From assembly GCA_902579065.1 (NCBI GenBank), contig CACHFI010000002.1:2205-66204 (forward strand): 64,000 bases of DNA, written 5' to 3'. Both the position numbers and the translations under genes were made by a program. Shown here piece after piece: positions 1 through 10,302 of the stretch (positions are counted from its first letter, which is position 1; each line of letters opens with the position of its first letter). This DNA is from an uncultured Bacteroidota bacterium (GTDB lineage Bacteria > Bacteroidota > Bacteroidia > Flavobacteriales > BACL11). The notes beneath the pieces were generated by a model, which saw only the letters and a program-made list of their open reading frames with translations, made no database searches and was not told the origin of the DNA.

Positions 1-261
1 TACATCATTAAAAAAGGGATTGGAAAAGATCTTGAAGATGAAAATGTAATTTTTGTTGATGAAAAAGACAAAGAATTAATTTTAGATAGTATTCTATATG
101 AAATGATTGTCTTGGCTTTTCCTACAAAAAGACAACACCAACTTAATTCTATTAATGATGAAGAATGTAACAAAGAAATGGTAAATTTGATAAATAAATA
201 TTCTGTCAAGGAAAACAATAATATTGATCCAAGATGGGAAGCTTTAAAAAAATTAAAATAG
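1..261 (+). CDS. DUF177/YceD-family protein, C-terminal part (5' end outside window)
   Basis: Frame 1 is open from base 1 to TAG at 259-261 (...ILDSILYEMIVLAFPTKRQHQ...DPRWEALKKLK*). It lies directly upstream of rpmF, the conserved yceD-rpmF arrangement. Confidence 0.55.
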   Translation, partial: YIIKKGIGKDLEDENVIFVDEKDKELILDSILYEMIVLAFPTKRQHQLNSINDEECNKEMVNLINKYSVKENNNIDPRWEALKKLK

Positions 262-270
262 TATAAAAAA

Positions 271-453
271 ATGGCACATCCTAAGAGAAAAATTTCTAAA
301 ACTAGAAGAGATAAAAGACGTACTCACTATAAAGCAAGTGCTCAAACTATTAAAACCTGTCCTGAAACTGGAGAGTCTCACTTATATCATCGTGCATATG
401 AGCATGAAGGGAAGCTATATTACAGAGGTAAATTAGTATCAAGTTCTATTTAA
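271..453 (+). CDS. rpmF: 50S ribosomal protein L32
   Basis: 60 aa, starts [17 protein letters not shown], the typical L32 N-terminus. Confidence 0.95.
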   Translation: MAHPKRKISKTRRDKRRTHYKASAQTIKTCPETGESHLYHRAYEHEGKLYYRGKLVSSSI

Positions 454-561
454 TATTTTACTATAATTTAAACACCTCATATACGCTATATCAATAGCTG
501 TATAAATCTAATTCTATATTCTATTTAAATCTTATTGTTAATAAGTATTATACTACTTTAT

Positions 562-590
562 TTTGTTAGTCACCTTACTTTGTACATTTG
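562..590 (+). promoter_or_regulatory. Possible Bacteroidetes-type promoter for fabH
   Basis: TTTG at 562-565 and TACATTTG (TAnnTTTG) at 583-590, 19 nt upstream of ATG 609. The 17-nt spacing is shorter than the usual 19-21. Confidence 0.3.
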
Positions 591-608
591 GCTAAAAATT
601 TATACTTA

Positions 609-1607
609 ATGAAAAAAATTCATGCTGCCATTACAGGCATACAGGGTTATGTTCCAGATTATATTTTGGATAATAAAGAATTAGAAGAATTAGTAGACAC
701 TAATGATGAGTGGATAGTAACAAGAACAGGAATAAAAGAAAGAAGAATTTTAAAAGGAAAAAAAGGATCTTCAGATTTAGGAGCTGAAGCTATAAAAGGT
801 CTCTTAAATAAAACCAATACCTCTGCAGAAGAAATTGATTTAATTATATGTGCAACAGTAACTCCAGATATGCTTTTCCCATCAACAGCTTGCTTAATTG
901 CTGATAAAATTGGTGCGGAAAATATTTGTGCATTTGATATTTCTGCGGCATGTTCAGGTTTTTTATATGCTCTAACTACTGCTTCTAAATTTATTGAAAG
1001 TGGTTCTTATAAAAAAGTAATTGTTGTAGGATGTGACAAAATGTCTTCAATAGTAGATTACACTGATAGAACAACTTGTGTTCTATTTGGGGATGGAGCA
1101 GGAGCGGTTCTACTAGAGCCAAATACTGATGGACTTGGTATTATGGATTATATTTTAAAAAGTGATGGAAGTGGTGGGGAGTTTTTAAAAATGAAAGCAG
1201 GAGGCTCGCTACATCCTGCTTCGCATGAAACAGTTGATGCTAGAGAACATTTCGTGTATCAAGATGGTCAGCCAGTATTTAAAAAGGCCGTAAAAAGCAT
1301 GGCAGATGTATCTGAAGAAATAATGCAAAAAAACAACTTATCTTCTGATGATATTGCTTGGCTAGTTCCTCATCAAGCTAACAAAAGAATAATTGACGCT
1401 ACTTCTAGAAGAATGGGTGTTGGAGATGAAAAAGTAATGCTAAATATTGAGCGTTATGGCAATACCACTGCTGGAACAATTCCTCTTTGTTTATGGGATT
1501 GGGAAGATCAGTTAAAAAAAGGAGATAATCTCATTTTAGCTGCTTTTGGAGGTGGATTTACATGGGGATCTATTTACCTAAAATGGGCATACGATTCAAA
1601 GAAATAA
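609..1607 (+). CDS. fabH: 3-oxoacyl-ACP synthase III
   Basis: Active-site Cys in [10 protein letters not shown], plus HQANKRI and [10 protein letters not shown] motifs. The ATG at 609 ([10 protein letters not shown]) is preferred over the TTG at 588. Confidence 0.9.
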   Translation: MKKIHAAITGIQGYVPDYILDNKELEELVDTNDEWIVTRTGIKERRILKGKKGSSDLGAEAIKGLLNKTNTSAEEIDLIICATVTPDMLFPSTACLIADKIGAENICAFDISAACSGFLYALTTASKFIESGSYKKVIVVGCDKMSSIVDYTDRTTCVLFGDGAGAVLLEPNTDGLGIMDYILKSDGSGGEFLKMKAGGSLHPASHETVDAREHFVYQDGQPVFKKAVKSMADVSEEIMQKNNLSSDDIAWLVPHQANKRIIDATSRRMGVGDEKVMLNIERYGNTTAGTIPLCLWDWEDQLKKGDNLILAAFGGGFTWGSIYLKWAYDSKK

Positions 1608-1637
1608 CTACATTTGCAACTATAAAAGCAACAAGTC

Positions 1638-2153
1638 ATGGATTTAAAAGATATTCAAGAGCTAATTAAATTTGTAGCAAAATCGGGAGCTACTGAAGTT
1701 GATTTAGAAATTGATAATGTAAAAATCTCTATCAAATCTCCTCCTAAAAAAAGAAGAGGAGCAACTGATGAAAACCCTATTTTTATTCAGCATGAAACTG
1801 CAGCTCCACAGGAACAAGCACCCCCAGCTGTAATTCCTTCTCCTGCCACACCAGTTACTACAGCTCCTCCAGTTGAGAGTGAAACAAAAACTGAAGAGGT
1901 AAATAATGAAAATTTAATCACAATAAAATCTTCAATGATAGGAACATTCTACAGAAGTTCCTCTCCTGAAAAACCACCATTTGTTAGTGTTGGTGATTCT
2001 ATAAGTTCAGGAGATACAATTTGTATTATTGAGGCTATGAAACTTTTTAATGAAATTGAAAGTGAAGTTTCTGGAAAAGTGGTGAAAATTTTAGTTGACG
2101 ATGCAACTCCGATTGAGTTTGATCAACCATTATTCTTAGTTGACCCGTCATAA
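1638..2153 (+). CDS. accB: Biotin carboxyl carrier protein of acetyl-CoA carboxylase
   Basis: Pro/Ala-rich linker and biotinylation motif IEAMKLFNEI. Confidence 0.9.
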   Translation: MDLKDIQELIKFVAKSGATEVDLEIDNVKISIKSPPKKRRGATDENPIFIQHETAAPQEQAPPAVIPSPATPVTTAPPVESETKTEEVNNENLITIKSSMIGTFYRSSSPEKPPFVSVGDSISSGDTICIIEAMKLFNEIESEVSGKVVKILVDDATPIEFDQPLFLVDPS

Positions 2154-2173
2154 TACTATAAAAAAACCTTATC

Positions 2174-3508
2174 ATGTTTAATAAAATTCTTATTGCTAAC
2201 AGAGGTGAAATTGCATTACGTGTTATTAGAACATGTAAAGAAATGAATATTAAAACTGTAGCTGTTTATTCTACTGCTGACAAAGAGAGTTTACATGTGC
2301 GGTTTGCAGATGAAGCAGTGTGTATAGGCCCTGCAGCAAGTAGTGATTCTTATTTAAATATTCCTAACATAATAGCAGCAGCTGAAATTACAAATTCAGA
2401 TGCAATTCATCCTGGATACGGCTTCTTAGCAGAAAATGCAAATTTCTCAAAAATATGTGCTGAAAATGATATTAAATTTATTGGTGCATCGCCTGAAATG
2501 ATTAACGGCATGGGAGATAAAGCTGCAGCTAAAGAAACTATGAAAATTGCAGGTGTACCTACTATTCCAGGTTCTCAAGGTATAATAGAAAATTTTGATG
2601 AGTGTAAAAAAATTGCAAAAGAAATAGGCTACCCAATAATGCTAAAAGCTACAGCAGGTGGTGGTGGTAAAGGAATGAGATTAGTTTGGAAAGAAAAAGA
2701 TTTAAAAAATGCTTGGGAAAGTGCCAAGACTGAATCAAAAGCAGCATTTGCAAATGATTCAATGTATATGGAGAAGTTTATCGAAGACCCAAGACATATT
2801 GAAATACAAATTATAGGCGATAAAACCGGTAAAGCATGCCATCTCTCAGAAAGAGACTGTTCTATACAAAGAAGACACCAAAAGTTAGCTGAAGAAACAC
2901 CATCCCCTTTTATGACAGATAAACTTAGAGAAGAAATGGGTGCGGCAGGAATTAAAGCAGCTGAAGCAGTAAAATATGAGGGAGTTGGAACAGTAGAGTT
3001 TCTAGTTGATAAGCACAGAAAATTTTATTTCATGGAAATGAATACTAGAATTCAGGTTGAACATCCTGTTACAGAAGAAGTTGTTGATTTTGATCTAATC
3101 AAAGAGCAAATTAAAGTAGCTGCAGGAATTAAAATAAGTGGAAGAAATTATCTTCCACAATTACATGCAATAGAATGTAGAATAAATGCTGAAGATCCTG
3201 AAAATGACTTTAGGCCATCTCCTGGAATGATAACCAATTTTCATGCTCCTGGTGGTCACGGAATTAGAGTAGATACTCATGTTTATGCAAATTATATGAT
3301 ACCTCCTTTCTATGATTCAATGATAGCAAAATTAATAACTGTTGCTCAAACTAGAGAAGAAGCAATATTAAAAATGTCAAGAGCTCTCGATGAATTTGTT
3401 ATTGAAGGAATAAAAACCACTATCCCTTTTCACCAAAAACTTATGAAGGATGAAAATTTCCAAAAAGGAAAATATACGACTAAGTTTATGGACGAGTTTA
3501 AAATCTAA
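2174..3508 (+). CDS. accC: Biotin carboxylase subunit of acetyl-CoA carboxylase
   Basis: [21 protein letters not shown] start, ATP-grasp GGGGKGMR motif, 444 aa. Confidence 0.95.
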   Translation: MFNKILIANRGEIALRVIRTCKEMNIKTVAVYSTADKESLHVRFADEAVCIGPAASSDSYLNIPNIIAAAEITNSDAIHPGYGFLAENANFSKICAENDIKFIGASPEMINGMGDKAAAKETMKIAGVPTIPGSQGIIENFDECKKIAKEIGYPIMLKATAGGGGKGMRLVWKEKDLKNAWESAKTESKAAFANDSMYMEKFIEDPRHIEIQIIGDKTGKACHLSERDCSIQRRHQKLAEETPSPFMTDKLREEMGAAGIKAAEAVKYEGVGTVEFLVDKHRKFYFMEMNTRIQVEHPVTEEVVDFDLIKEQIKVAAGIKISGRNYLPQLHAIECRINAEDPENDFRPSPGMITNFHAPGGHGIRVDTHVYANYMIPPFYDSMIAKLITVAQTREEAILKMSRALDEFVIEGIKTTIPFHQKLMKDENFQKGKYTTKFMDEFKI

Positions 3509-3513
3509 AAACC

Positions 3514-4212
3514 ATGCAGGATGTAATTATTGAATGTTGTGCTAATTCAATCTCATCCGCCCTTACAGCAATAAAAGCAGGAGTTGATAGAATAGAGCTT
3601 TGTAAAAATTTAGAAAATGGTGGTGAAACACCTGACTATTCAGATATTATAAAGCTAAGAGAATTAACTAAAATCCCTATTCACATTCTTATTTTACCAA
3701 AAGCTAATCAATTTATTTATTCAGAAAATGAGCTTGAAAAAATAAATCAAGATATCAACTTTTGTAAAAAAAATAATATTGATGGTGTTGTAATTGGAGC
3801 GTTAGAAAATAATACTGTTGATAGATTTCAAATGAAAAAAATCATTAAGACTGCTAAGCCAATGAAAGTAACATTTCATAGAGCCTTTGACACATTAAAT
3901 GAAATAGAAAACAATCTTCATGCAATTATTAAACTTGGATGCAATTATCTTCTAACTTCTGGTCAAAAGGGAAACGTTGATTTAGGAAAAGAAAATATTG
4001 AAAAAATAATTCAACTAGCTGATAATAATATTAAAATTATTGCGGGAGGAGGAGTAAATATCGATAACATTGAATTATTATATAAACTTGGGGTTAGAGA
4101 ATTCCACTTATCTGGAACTTTATACAACAACAGCCATTTAGAAACAAATTATGAAATCATTAGAAATGTTGTAAAAAAGCTAAAGAGTATAAATAATCAA
4201 AAATTATATTGA
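3514..4212 (+). CDS. cutC: CutC-family TIM-barrel protein (annotated copper homeostasis protein)
   Basis: N-terminus IIECCANSISSALTAIKAGVDRIELC matches the CutC signature (EVC..S...A...GADRIELC). 232 aa. Confidence 0.75.
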   Translation: MQDVIIECCANSISSALTAIKAGVDRIELCKNLENGGETPDYSDIIKLRELTKIPIHILILPKANQFIYSENELEKINQDINFCKKNNIDGVVIGALENNTVDRFQMKKIIKTAKPMKVTFHRAFDTLNEIENNLHAIIKLGCNYLLTSGQKGNVDLGKENIEKIIQLADNNIKIIAGGGVNIDNIELLYKLGVREFHLSGTLYNNSHLETNYEIIRNVVKKLKSINNQKLY

Positions 4213-4260
4213 TAAAGAAAATTTATTAAATTAGGCAATCAATGAACTTTTAAATTTTTT

Positions 4261-5235
4261 ATGTCTAATCGAAGAAGTTTTATTAAAAAAACATCTATTG
4301 GAATCGCGGGCACCATAATAGGTTCTAGTTTATATTCTTGTAACAATAAAAACAATAATTCTATGAGTAATATACCAATTGTAATTTCCACATGGAAACA
4401 CGGATTTGATGCTAATGAAAAAGCATATGAAATAATAAATAATGGTGGACAAGCTATTGATGCAGTAGAAGAAGGTGTAAAAGTATCAGAGGCTGATCCA
4501 AATTGTCATAGTGTAGGATATGGTGGATGGCCAGATAGAGATGGAAATGTAACCTTGGATGCTTGTATTATGGATCACACTGGCAACTGTGGCTCTGTAA
4601 GTTTTTTGCAAAATATAAAACACCCAATTTCGGTTGCTCGAAAAGTAATGGATAATACTCCTCATGTTATGCTGTCAGGTGAAGGAGCTCTTCAATTTGC
4701 ATTAAAAAATGGATTTCATAAAGAAGATCTTTTGACTGATAAAGCTAGAAAAAGATGGGAAGAATGGCTTAAGGACGAAAAATATCAGCCAATAATTAAT
4801 ATTGAAAATCATGATACAATTGGCTTACTAGCAATTGATAAAAAAGGAGATATTGCAGGTGCTTGTACCACTTCTGGCTTAGCATGGAAGATGCATGGAA
4901 GAGTTGGTGATTCTCCTATCATTGGAGCTGGAATGTTTGTTGACAATGAAATTGGAGGAGGCTGCGCAACAGGTGTAGGAGAGGCAGTAATGAAAACTAT
5001 TGGTTCTTTTTTAATTGTAGAGCTTATGAGACAAGGGGCTACCCCTCAAGAAGCCTGTGAAGAAGGTATTGCTAGAATTGTAAAAAACCAAAACTATAAA
5101 GAAATGCAAATTGGTTATCTAGCAATAAATAAAAAAGGGGAGCATGGAGCATATGCAGTTCATAATGGATTTGATTATGCTCTATATCAAAATGGTACAA
5201 ATCAAATGATTAATGCACAGGCATTTGCCAAATGA
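4261..5235 (+). CDS. Glycosylasparaginase / N4-(beta-N-acetylglucosaminyl)-L-asparaginase (Ntn hydrolase), exported
   Basis: Tat-like signal with lipobox (SNRRSFIKK...SLYSC). Autoproteolytic site HDTIGLLAID and the GAGMFVDNEIGG...TGVGE motifs of the asparaginase-2 family. Confidence 0.85.
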   Translation: MSNRRSFIKKTSIGIAGTIIGSSLYSCNNKNNNSMSNIPIVISTWKHGFDANEKAYEIINNGGQAIDAVEEGVKVSEADPNCHSVGYGGWPDRDGNVTLDACIMDHTGNCGSVSFLQNIKHPISVARKVMDNTPHVMLSGEGALQFALKNGFHKEDLLTDKARKRWEEWLKDEKYQPIINIENHDTIGLLAIDKKGDIAGACTTSGLAWKMHGRVGDSPIIGAGMFVDNEIGGGCATGVGEAVMKTIGSFLIVELMRQGATPQEACEEGIARIVKNQNYKEMQIGYLAINKKGEHGAYAVHNGFDYALYQNGTNQMINAQAFAK

Positions 5236-7409
5236 TAAGATTTATTTTTATTGCTTCACTTCTTATATTTTCATGCTCAAAAAAAAATATTCACATCAAT
5301 ACTAGTATTATCCCCAAGCCGGTTAGTCAAACTATAAATAATGGGGTTTTTAATCTTGCTGAAAAAATTGAAATTATATACGACAGTTCATTTGTTAACG
5401 AAGTTGAGTACTTAAAATCAAATTTTCCAATTAAAGAAGGTAGTAATCAAAATTTCATTCGTATAAAAAAAAATAGTTTATTACAAGAAGAAGAATATAA
5501 GCTATTAATAAGAACCAATGAAGTTATAATTAACGCATCAACTGCAAGGGGAGCAATGCATGCAATACAAAGCTTAAGACAATTATTACCCAATAAAATT
5601 AAAAAACATCAAAAAAATATTCCAATTAAATGCATGGAGATTCATGATTATCCAAAATTTAAATGGAGAGGATTACTTCTTGATTGCTGTAGACACTTCA
5701 TGGAAAAAGAATTTGTAAAAAAATACATTGACTTACTTGCATACCATAAAATGAATATTCTTCATTGGCATTTAACAGAAGATCAAGGATGGAGAATTGC
5801 AATTGAGAAATATCCTAATCTAACTGAGACAGGTGCATGGAGAAAAGATGAAAATGGAAGCATATATGGTGGGTTTTATAATAAACAAGATATTCAAGAA
5901 ATTATTGAATATGCAAGTAAAAGACATATAGAAATTATTCCTGAAATCGAATTACCTGGGCACAGTGTTGCTGCGATTGCATCATACCCATACCTTTCTT
6001 GCACAGGTAAAAAAATTGACGTTGAAACTGACTGGGGGGTATTTAAAGATATATACTGCGCAGGAAATGATAGTGTTTTTACTTTTTTAGAAGATGTTCT
6101 TAGCGAAGTTACAGAATTATTTCCATCAGAATATATTCATATTGGAGGAGATGAAGCTCCAAAATACAGATGGGAAAACTGCAAAAAATGTCAAAAGAGG
6201 ATTAACGAAAATAAATTAAAAGATGAACATGAACTACAATCTTATTTTATTAATAGAATTGGTAAATTTTTAGAAAAAAAAGGCAAAAAAATTATTGGAT
6301 GGGATGAAATTATTGAAGGAGGAATACCTCATAATGCTGTAATTCAATCATGGCGAGGTGTTGAAGGCGGATTAACAGCAGCAAAAAATAAGCATTATGC
6401 AATTATGTCTCCAACTTCACACTGTTATTTTGATTATGATTTACAAGCTATTAATTTAGAAAAAGTATATTCATTTAATCCAATACCTACCAGCCTTGAC
6501 AGCAACAAACATAAATATATATTAGGTGGAGAATGCAATATGTGGTCTGAACGAGCTCCACAAGAAAAAGTAGATTCAAAAGTTTTTCCAAGAATTCTAG
6601 CAATGAGTGAAGTTTTATGGGGTGAAAAGGAAAATAATTATGAGGATTTTCTTAAAAGAGTTGAGAATCATTACAATAAACTTGAAAGATTAGGAGTAGA
6701 ATATGGTTATGAAAAAACACCGATTAAATTCAATTCAAAATACAATCAAAATAGATTTGATGTTGAAATTGAAAAAGGGAATAACAATATGCAAATAAGA
6801 TATAAGATCAATAATGATAGTTGGAAAAAATATACAAAACCTATTAAAATATTTAATAGCTCAAAAATAATTGCTCAAGAAGAAAATTCTAAAAGAAAAG
6901 AAATAGCTACTAAAAGTTTAGAGATAGAATTACATAAAGGTATTGGTAAAAGTGTAAATTACAACTCAACCTATAACCCGAATTATCCTGCTACTGGTTT
7001 ACAAACATTGGTTAATGGAATTTCAGGAGATAAATCCAACTTTCGTGATGGGCAGTGGCAAGGTTTTTATGGTGATGATATTGACGTGGTTATTGATCTT
7101 AAAGAAATCACAACATTTAATGAACTCAAAACTTCTTACTTTCAATACCATTTGTCATGGATTATACTGCCAAAATCAGTTGAGTATTTAATATCAAATA
7201 ATGGAAAAGAATTTACCTCAATTTATAAAAGTAAAAATATAAGTAATCCCATGAAAGAGGGAAAATTTAAAGAGTCTTATGTCTTCCAAAAGAATTATTC
7301 AGCAAGATATGTAAGGGTAATTGCAAAAAATTATGGAAATTTACCTCAAGAACATCCTGCCGCTGGATCAAAAAGCTGGCTATTTATTGATGAATTTAGT
7401 GTTAAATGA
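5232..7409 (+). CDS. GH20 beta-N-acetylhexosaminidase with C-terminal CHB_HEX_C-like plus discoidin (F5/8 type C)-like module
   Basis: HWHLTEDQGWR and catalytic IHIGGDEA motifs, lipoprotein signal (LLIFSCS), ATGA overlap with the upstream gene. Confidence 0.85.
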   Translation: MIRFIFIASLLIFSCSKKNIHINTSIIPKPVSQTINNGVFNLAEKIEIIYDSSFVNEVEYLKSNFPIKEGSNQNFIRIKKNSLLQEEEYKLLIRTNEVIINASTARGAMHAIQSLRQLLPNKIKKHQKNIPIKCMEIHDYPKFKWRGLLLDCCRHFMEKEFVKKYIDLLAYHKMNILHWHLTEDQGWRIAIEKYPNLTETGAWRKDENGSIYGGFYNKQDIQEIIEYASKRHIEIIPEIELPGHSVAAIASYPYLSCTGKKIDVETDWGVFKDIYCAGNDSVFTFLEDVLSEVTELFPSEYIHIGGDEAPKYRWENCKKCQKRINENKLKDEHELQSYFINRIGKFLEKKGKKIIGWDEIIEGGIPHNAVIQSWRGVEGGLTAAKNKHYAIMSPTSHCYFDYDLQAINLEKVYSFNPIPTSLDSNKHKYILGGECNMWSERAPQEKVDSKVFPRILAMSEVLWGEKENNYEDFLKRVENHYNKLERLGVEYGYEKTPIKFNSKYNQNRFDVEIEKGNNNMQIRYKINNDSWKKYTKPIKIFNSSKIIAQEENSKRKEIATKSLEIELHKGIGKSVNYNSTYNPNYPATGLQTLVNGISGDKSNFRDGQWQGFYGDDIDVVIDLKEITTFNELKTSYFQYHLSWIILPKSVEYLISNNGKEFTSIYKSKNISNPMKEGKFKESYVFQKNYSARYVRVIAKNYGNLPQEHPAAGSKSWLFIDEFSVK

Positions 7410-10297
7410 AAAAAGGAGTTTTATTAATTTTTCTTTTTCTGTTATTATTTAGTTGTAATAAACAAGATAATAATCTTTTTAATTATGTGAATCCTTTTAT
7501 AGGAACAGGTGGGCATGGCCATACTTATCCTGGAGTTTCTCAACCTTTTGGAATGGTACAATTAAGTCCAGATACAAGACTAGAAGGATGGGATGGTTGT
7601 GGAGGATATCATTTTTCTGATTCCATTATATATGGCTTTTCACATACGCATTTAAGTGGAACTGGTATTTCTGATTATGCCGATGTACTATTAATGCCGA
7701 CTACTGGAAAATTGAATTTAACTAATGGGGTTAAAGAAGCAAAAATTAATAATGCTCCAATTAATAAAGTTGGATATGCATCGAGATTTTCTCATAAAAA
7801 AGAAACCGCTAAAGCAGGTTATTATCAAGTTTTTTTAGAAGATTATAATATCAATGTTGAGCTTACCAGTTCTTTAAGAGTGGGAATGCATAAATACTCT
7901 TTCCCAGAAGGAGAAGTTGCCAATATTATTTTAGATCTTGAACACAGAGATAAATTGCTTGACTATAAAATAAATGTAATTGATAGCCAAACAATTATTG
8001 GATATCGTCATTCAAGTGAATGGGCAAGAGATCAAAGAATTTATTATACTTTAAAATTTTCATTACCTATTAAAAACACTCTTTTCAATGAAGAAAAAAC
8101 TATTGTTGGTTTATCTTTTGGGGAAATATCAAATCCTTTAATTGTCAAGGCTTCTATTTCTGCAGTTGATAATTCAGGTGCAAATGCTAATATGTATGAG
8201 ATAAACGATTGGGATTTTGATAGAATAAAAAAAGAAGCGCAAGAAAAATGGAATAATGAATTAGGCAAGATACAGATCAAAACTAGCTCTAAAACTAAAA
8301 AACAAATTTTTTATACCGCACTTTATCATTCTCTTCTAAATCCTAATACATATAATGATGTAAATGGCAATTATCTTGGAATGGATTTTAAAAAGCACAA
8401 TACAAAAGATAAACATTATACTATTTTTTCTTTATGGGATACATTTAGAGCAACTCATCCTCTTTTCACTATAATCCAAGTTGAAAAAACAAATGAATTT
8501 ATTCGCACCTTACTAAGACAATTTAAAGATGGAGGGCGATTACCTATTTGGGAATTAGCAGCAAATTACACAGATTGCATGATAGGATATCATTCAATAC
8601 CGGTAATAGTTGATGCTTATGTAAAAGGCATAAGAGATTGGGATGCAAATCTAGCTCTTGAAGCAATGATAAAATCCGCACAAAGTGATAAATTTGGTTT
8701 AAAAGCGTATAAAGAAAATGGATTTATTAAAGCTAGTGATGAACCAGAATCAGTATCAAAAAATTTAGAATATGCTTATGATGATTGGTGTATTGCAATT
8801 ATGGCAGACTCTTTAGGAAAAGACTCAATTGCTGAAATTTTCTATAAAAGAGCTCAATATTATAAAAATTTATATGACCCTAAATCAGGCTTTTTTAGAG
8901 GGAAAAATGCTTACTCTTGGTTTGGACCATTTAAAGCTGAAGAAGTAAATTTTAATTATACTGAAGCAAATGCTTGGCAATATTCATTATTTACTCCTCA
9001 AGACATCTCTGGACACATTAAATTAAAAGGTGGGAATGAAAAATATGAGCAACATCTCGATAGCATGTTTCTTTCTAAAATAAAAACAAGTGGAAGACAT
9101 CAACCAGATGTTACTGGATTGATTGGTCAATATGCACATGGAAATGAACCAAGTCACCACATGGCATATCTATATAACTATATCGGAAAAGCAAGTAAAA
9201 CTCAAAAATATGTAGCTCAAATTCTTAATGAACAGTATAGTGAAAAACCAGACGGACTTTCTGGAAATGAAGATTGTGGACAGATGTCATCATGGTATGT
9301 TTTAAGCAGTCTTGGGTTTTATCCTGTTACTCCAGGAATGGATTATTATGCAATTGGAACACCTCTTTTTAAAGAAGCAAAAATTAAATTAGAAAATAAT
9401 AAAACCTTCATTATAAAAGCTAAAAACGTTTCCGATAAAAATATTTTTATTCAATCTGCAAGATTAAATGGTAATGACTATGATAAAAGCTATATAAATC
9501 ATCAGACTATATTAAACGGTGGAGAAATAGAGTTTATCATGGGATCAAAAGAAAGTAATTGGGGAAATAAAGAAGTTCCTATTTCTAGAATTTTAAATCA
9601 TCAAATTATTTCTGTACCATATTTTATAGCTTCTAGTCAAACTTTTGTAAATGAACATATCGTTGAACTAGGCTCTGTAGATAGTTCTGAAATATATTAT
9701 TCTATTAATAATCGAGGATATAAAAAATATATTGAGCCAATCACAATAAATGAACAAAGCATTATATCTAGCTATGCAAAAAGAGGAAATAAAAAAAGTA
9801 AAATTGTTAGTAGCGAATATTTTCCAAGAGATGACACAAAAAAAATTAAAATACTTAGCACATATGCAAATCAATATGCAGCAGCTGGTGACAAAACTCT
9901 CATTGATCAGTTAAGAGGAGGTAATAATTATAGAACTGGTAATTGGCAAGGATATAGAGAAGATTTAAATGTTATAATTGATTTAAGCGAAACAAAAAAA
10001 ATTAATTCTATATCTTTGGGCTGTCATCAAGATGTAAGATCATGGATATTTTTTCCAAAACAAGTGGAGTATTGGACTTCTAATGATGATATTAATTATG
10101 AATATCAAGGTAAAGTGTTAGCTAATTTCTCAGATAAAATAGAGGGAAGTTTTCATAAAGATTTTACTTTAAAAGTGAAAAATTTAAAAACAAGATATAT
10201 TAAAATTAAGGCAAAAAATTATGGTGTTTGTCCTGAATGGCATTTAGGAGCTGGGGGGAAAACATGGGTTTTTGTTGATGAAATAACTATTAAATAA
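7406..10297 (+). CDS. GH92 alpha-mannosidase with C-terminal CHB_HEX_C-like plus discoidin-like module
   Basis: N-terminal [25 protein letters not shown] and the [10 protein letters not shown] / [12 protein letters not shown] motifs typical of GH92. Lipoprotein signal LLFSCN. Confidence 0.85.
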   Translation: MKKGVLLIFLFLLLFSCNKQDNNLFNYVNPFIGTGGHGHTYPGVSQPFGMVQLSPDTRLEGWDGCGGYHFSDSIIYGFSHTHLSGTGISDYADVLLMPTTGKLNLTNGVKEAKINNAPINKVGYASRFSHKKETAKAGYYQVFLEDYNINVELTSSLRVGMHKYSFPEGEVANIILDLEHRDKLLDYKINVIDSQTIIGYRHSSEWARDQRIYYTLKFSLPIKNTLFNEEKTIVGLSFGEISNPLIVKASISAVDNSGANANMYEINDWDFDRIKKEAQEKWNNELGKIQIKTSSKTKKQIFYTALYHSLLNPNTYNDVNGNYLGMDFKKHNTKDKHYTIFSLWDTFRATHPLFTIIQVEKTNEFIRTLLRQFKDGGRLPIWELAANYTDCMIGYHSIPVIVDAYVKGIRDWDANLALEAMIKSAQSDKFGLKAYKENGFIKASDEPESVSKNLEYAYDDWCIAIMADSLGKDSIAEIFYKRAQYYKNLYDPKSGFFRGKNAYSWFGPFKAEEVNFNYTEANAWQYSLFTPQDISGHIKLKGGNEKYEQHLDSMFLSKIKTSGRHQPDVTGLIGQYAHGNEPSHHMAYLYNYIGKASKTQKYVAQILNEQYSEKPDGLSGNEDCGQMSSWYVLSSLGFYPVTPGMDYYAIGTPLFKEAKIKLENNKTFIIKAKNVSDKNIFIQSARLNGNDYDKSYINHQTILNGGEIEFIMGSKESNWGNKEVPISRILNHQIISVPYFIASSQTFVNEHIVELGSVDSSEIYYSINNRGYKKYIEPITINEQSIISSYAKRGNKKSKIVSSEYFPRDDTKKIKILSTYANQYAAAGDKTLIDQLRGGNNYRTGNWQGYREDLNVIIDLSETKKINSISLGCHQDVRSWIFFPKQVEYWTSNDDINYEYQGKVLANFSDKIEGSFHKDFTLKVKNLKTRYIKIKAKNYGVCPEWHLGAGGKTWVFVDEITIK

Positions 10298-10302
10298 AAA
10301 TT

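Noticed and set aside
454-608. 155-bp gap between rpmF and fabH, checked for a missing plsX, a small RNA or a tRNA
   Set aside because: It is too short for plsX. It is AT-rich with no stem-rich or tRNA-like structure. It contains a plausible promoter box and is treated as an ordinary intergenic promoter region.
588-608. N-terminal extensions in the ORF track (fabH 588, ftsX 42255, queA 44979, alr 54508, S41 57298, hemD-like 58677, epimerase 23678, DUF4197 29906, tyrS 23730)
   Set aside because: Internal ATGs give N-termini that match the family consensus or a signal peptide. They also remove implausible overlaps with neighbouring genes. The longer forms are probably artefacts of taking the first in-frame start.
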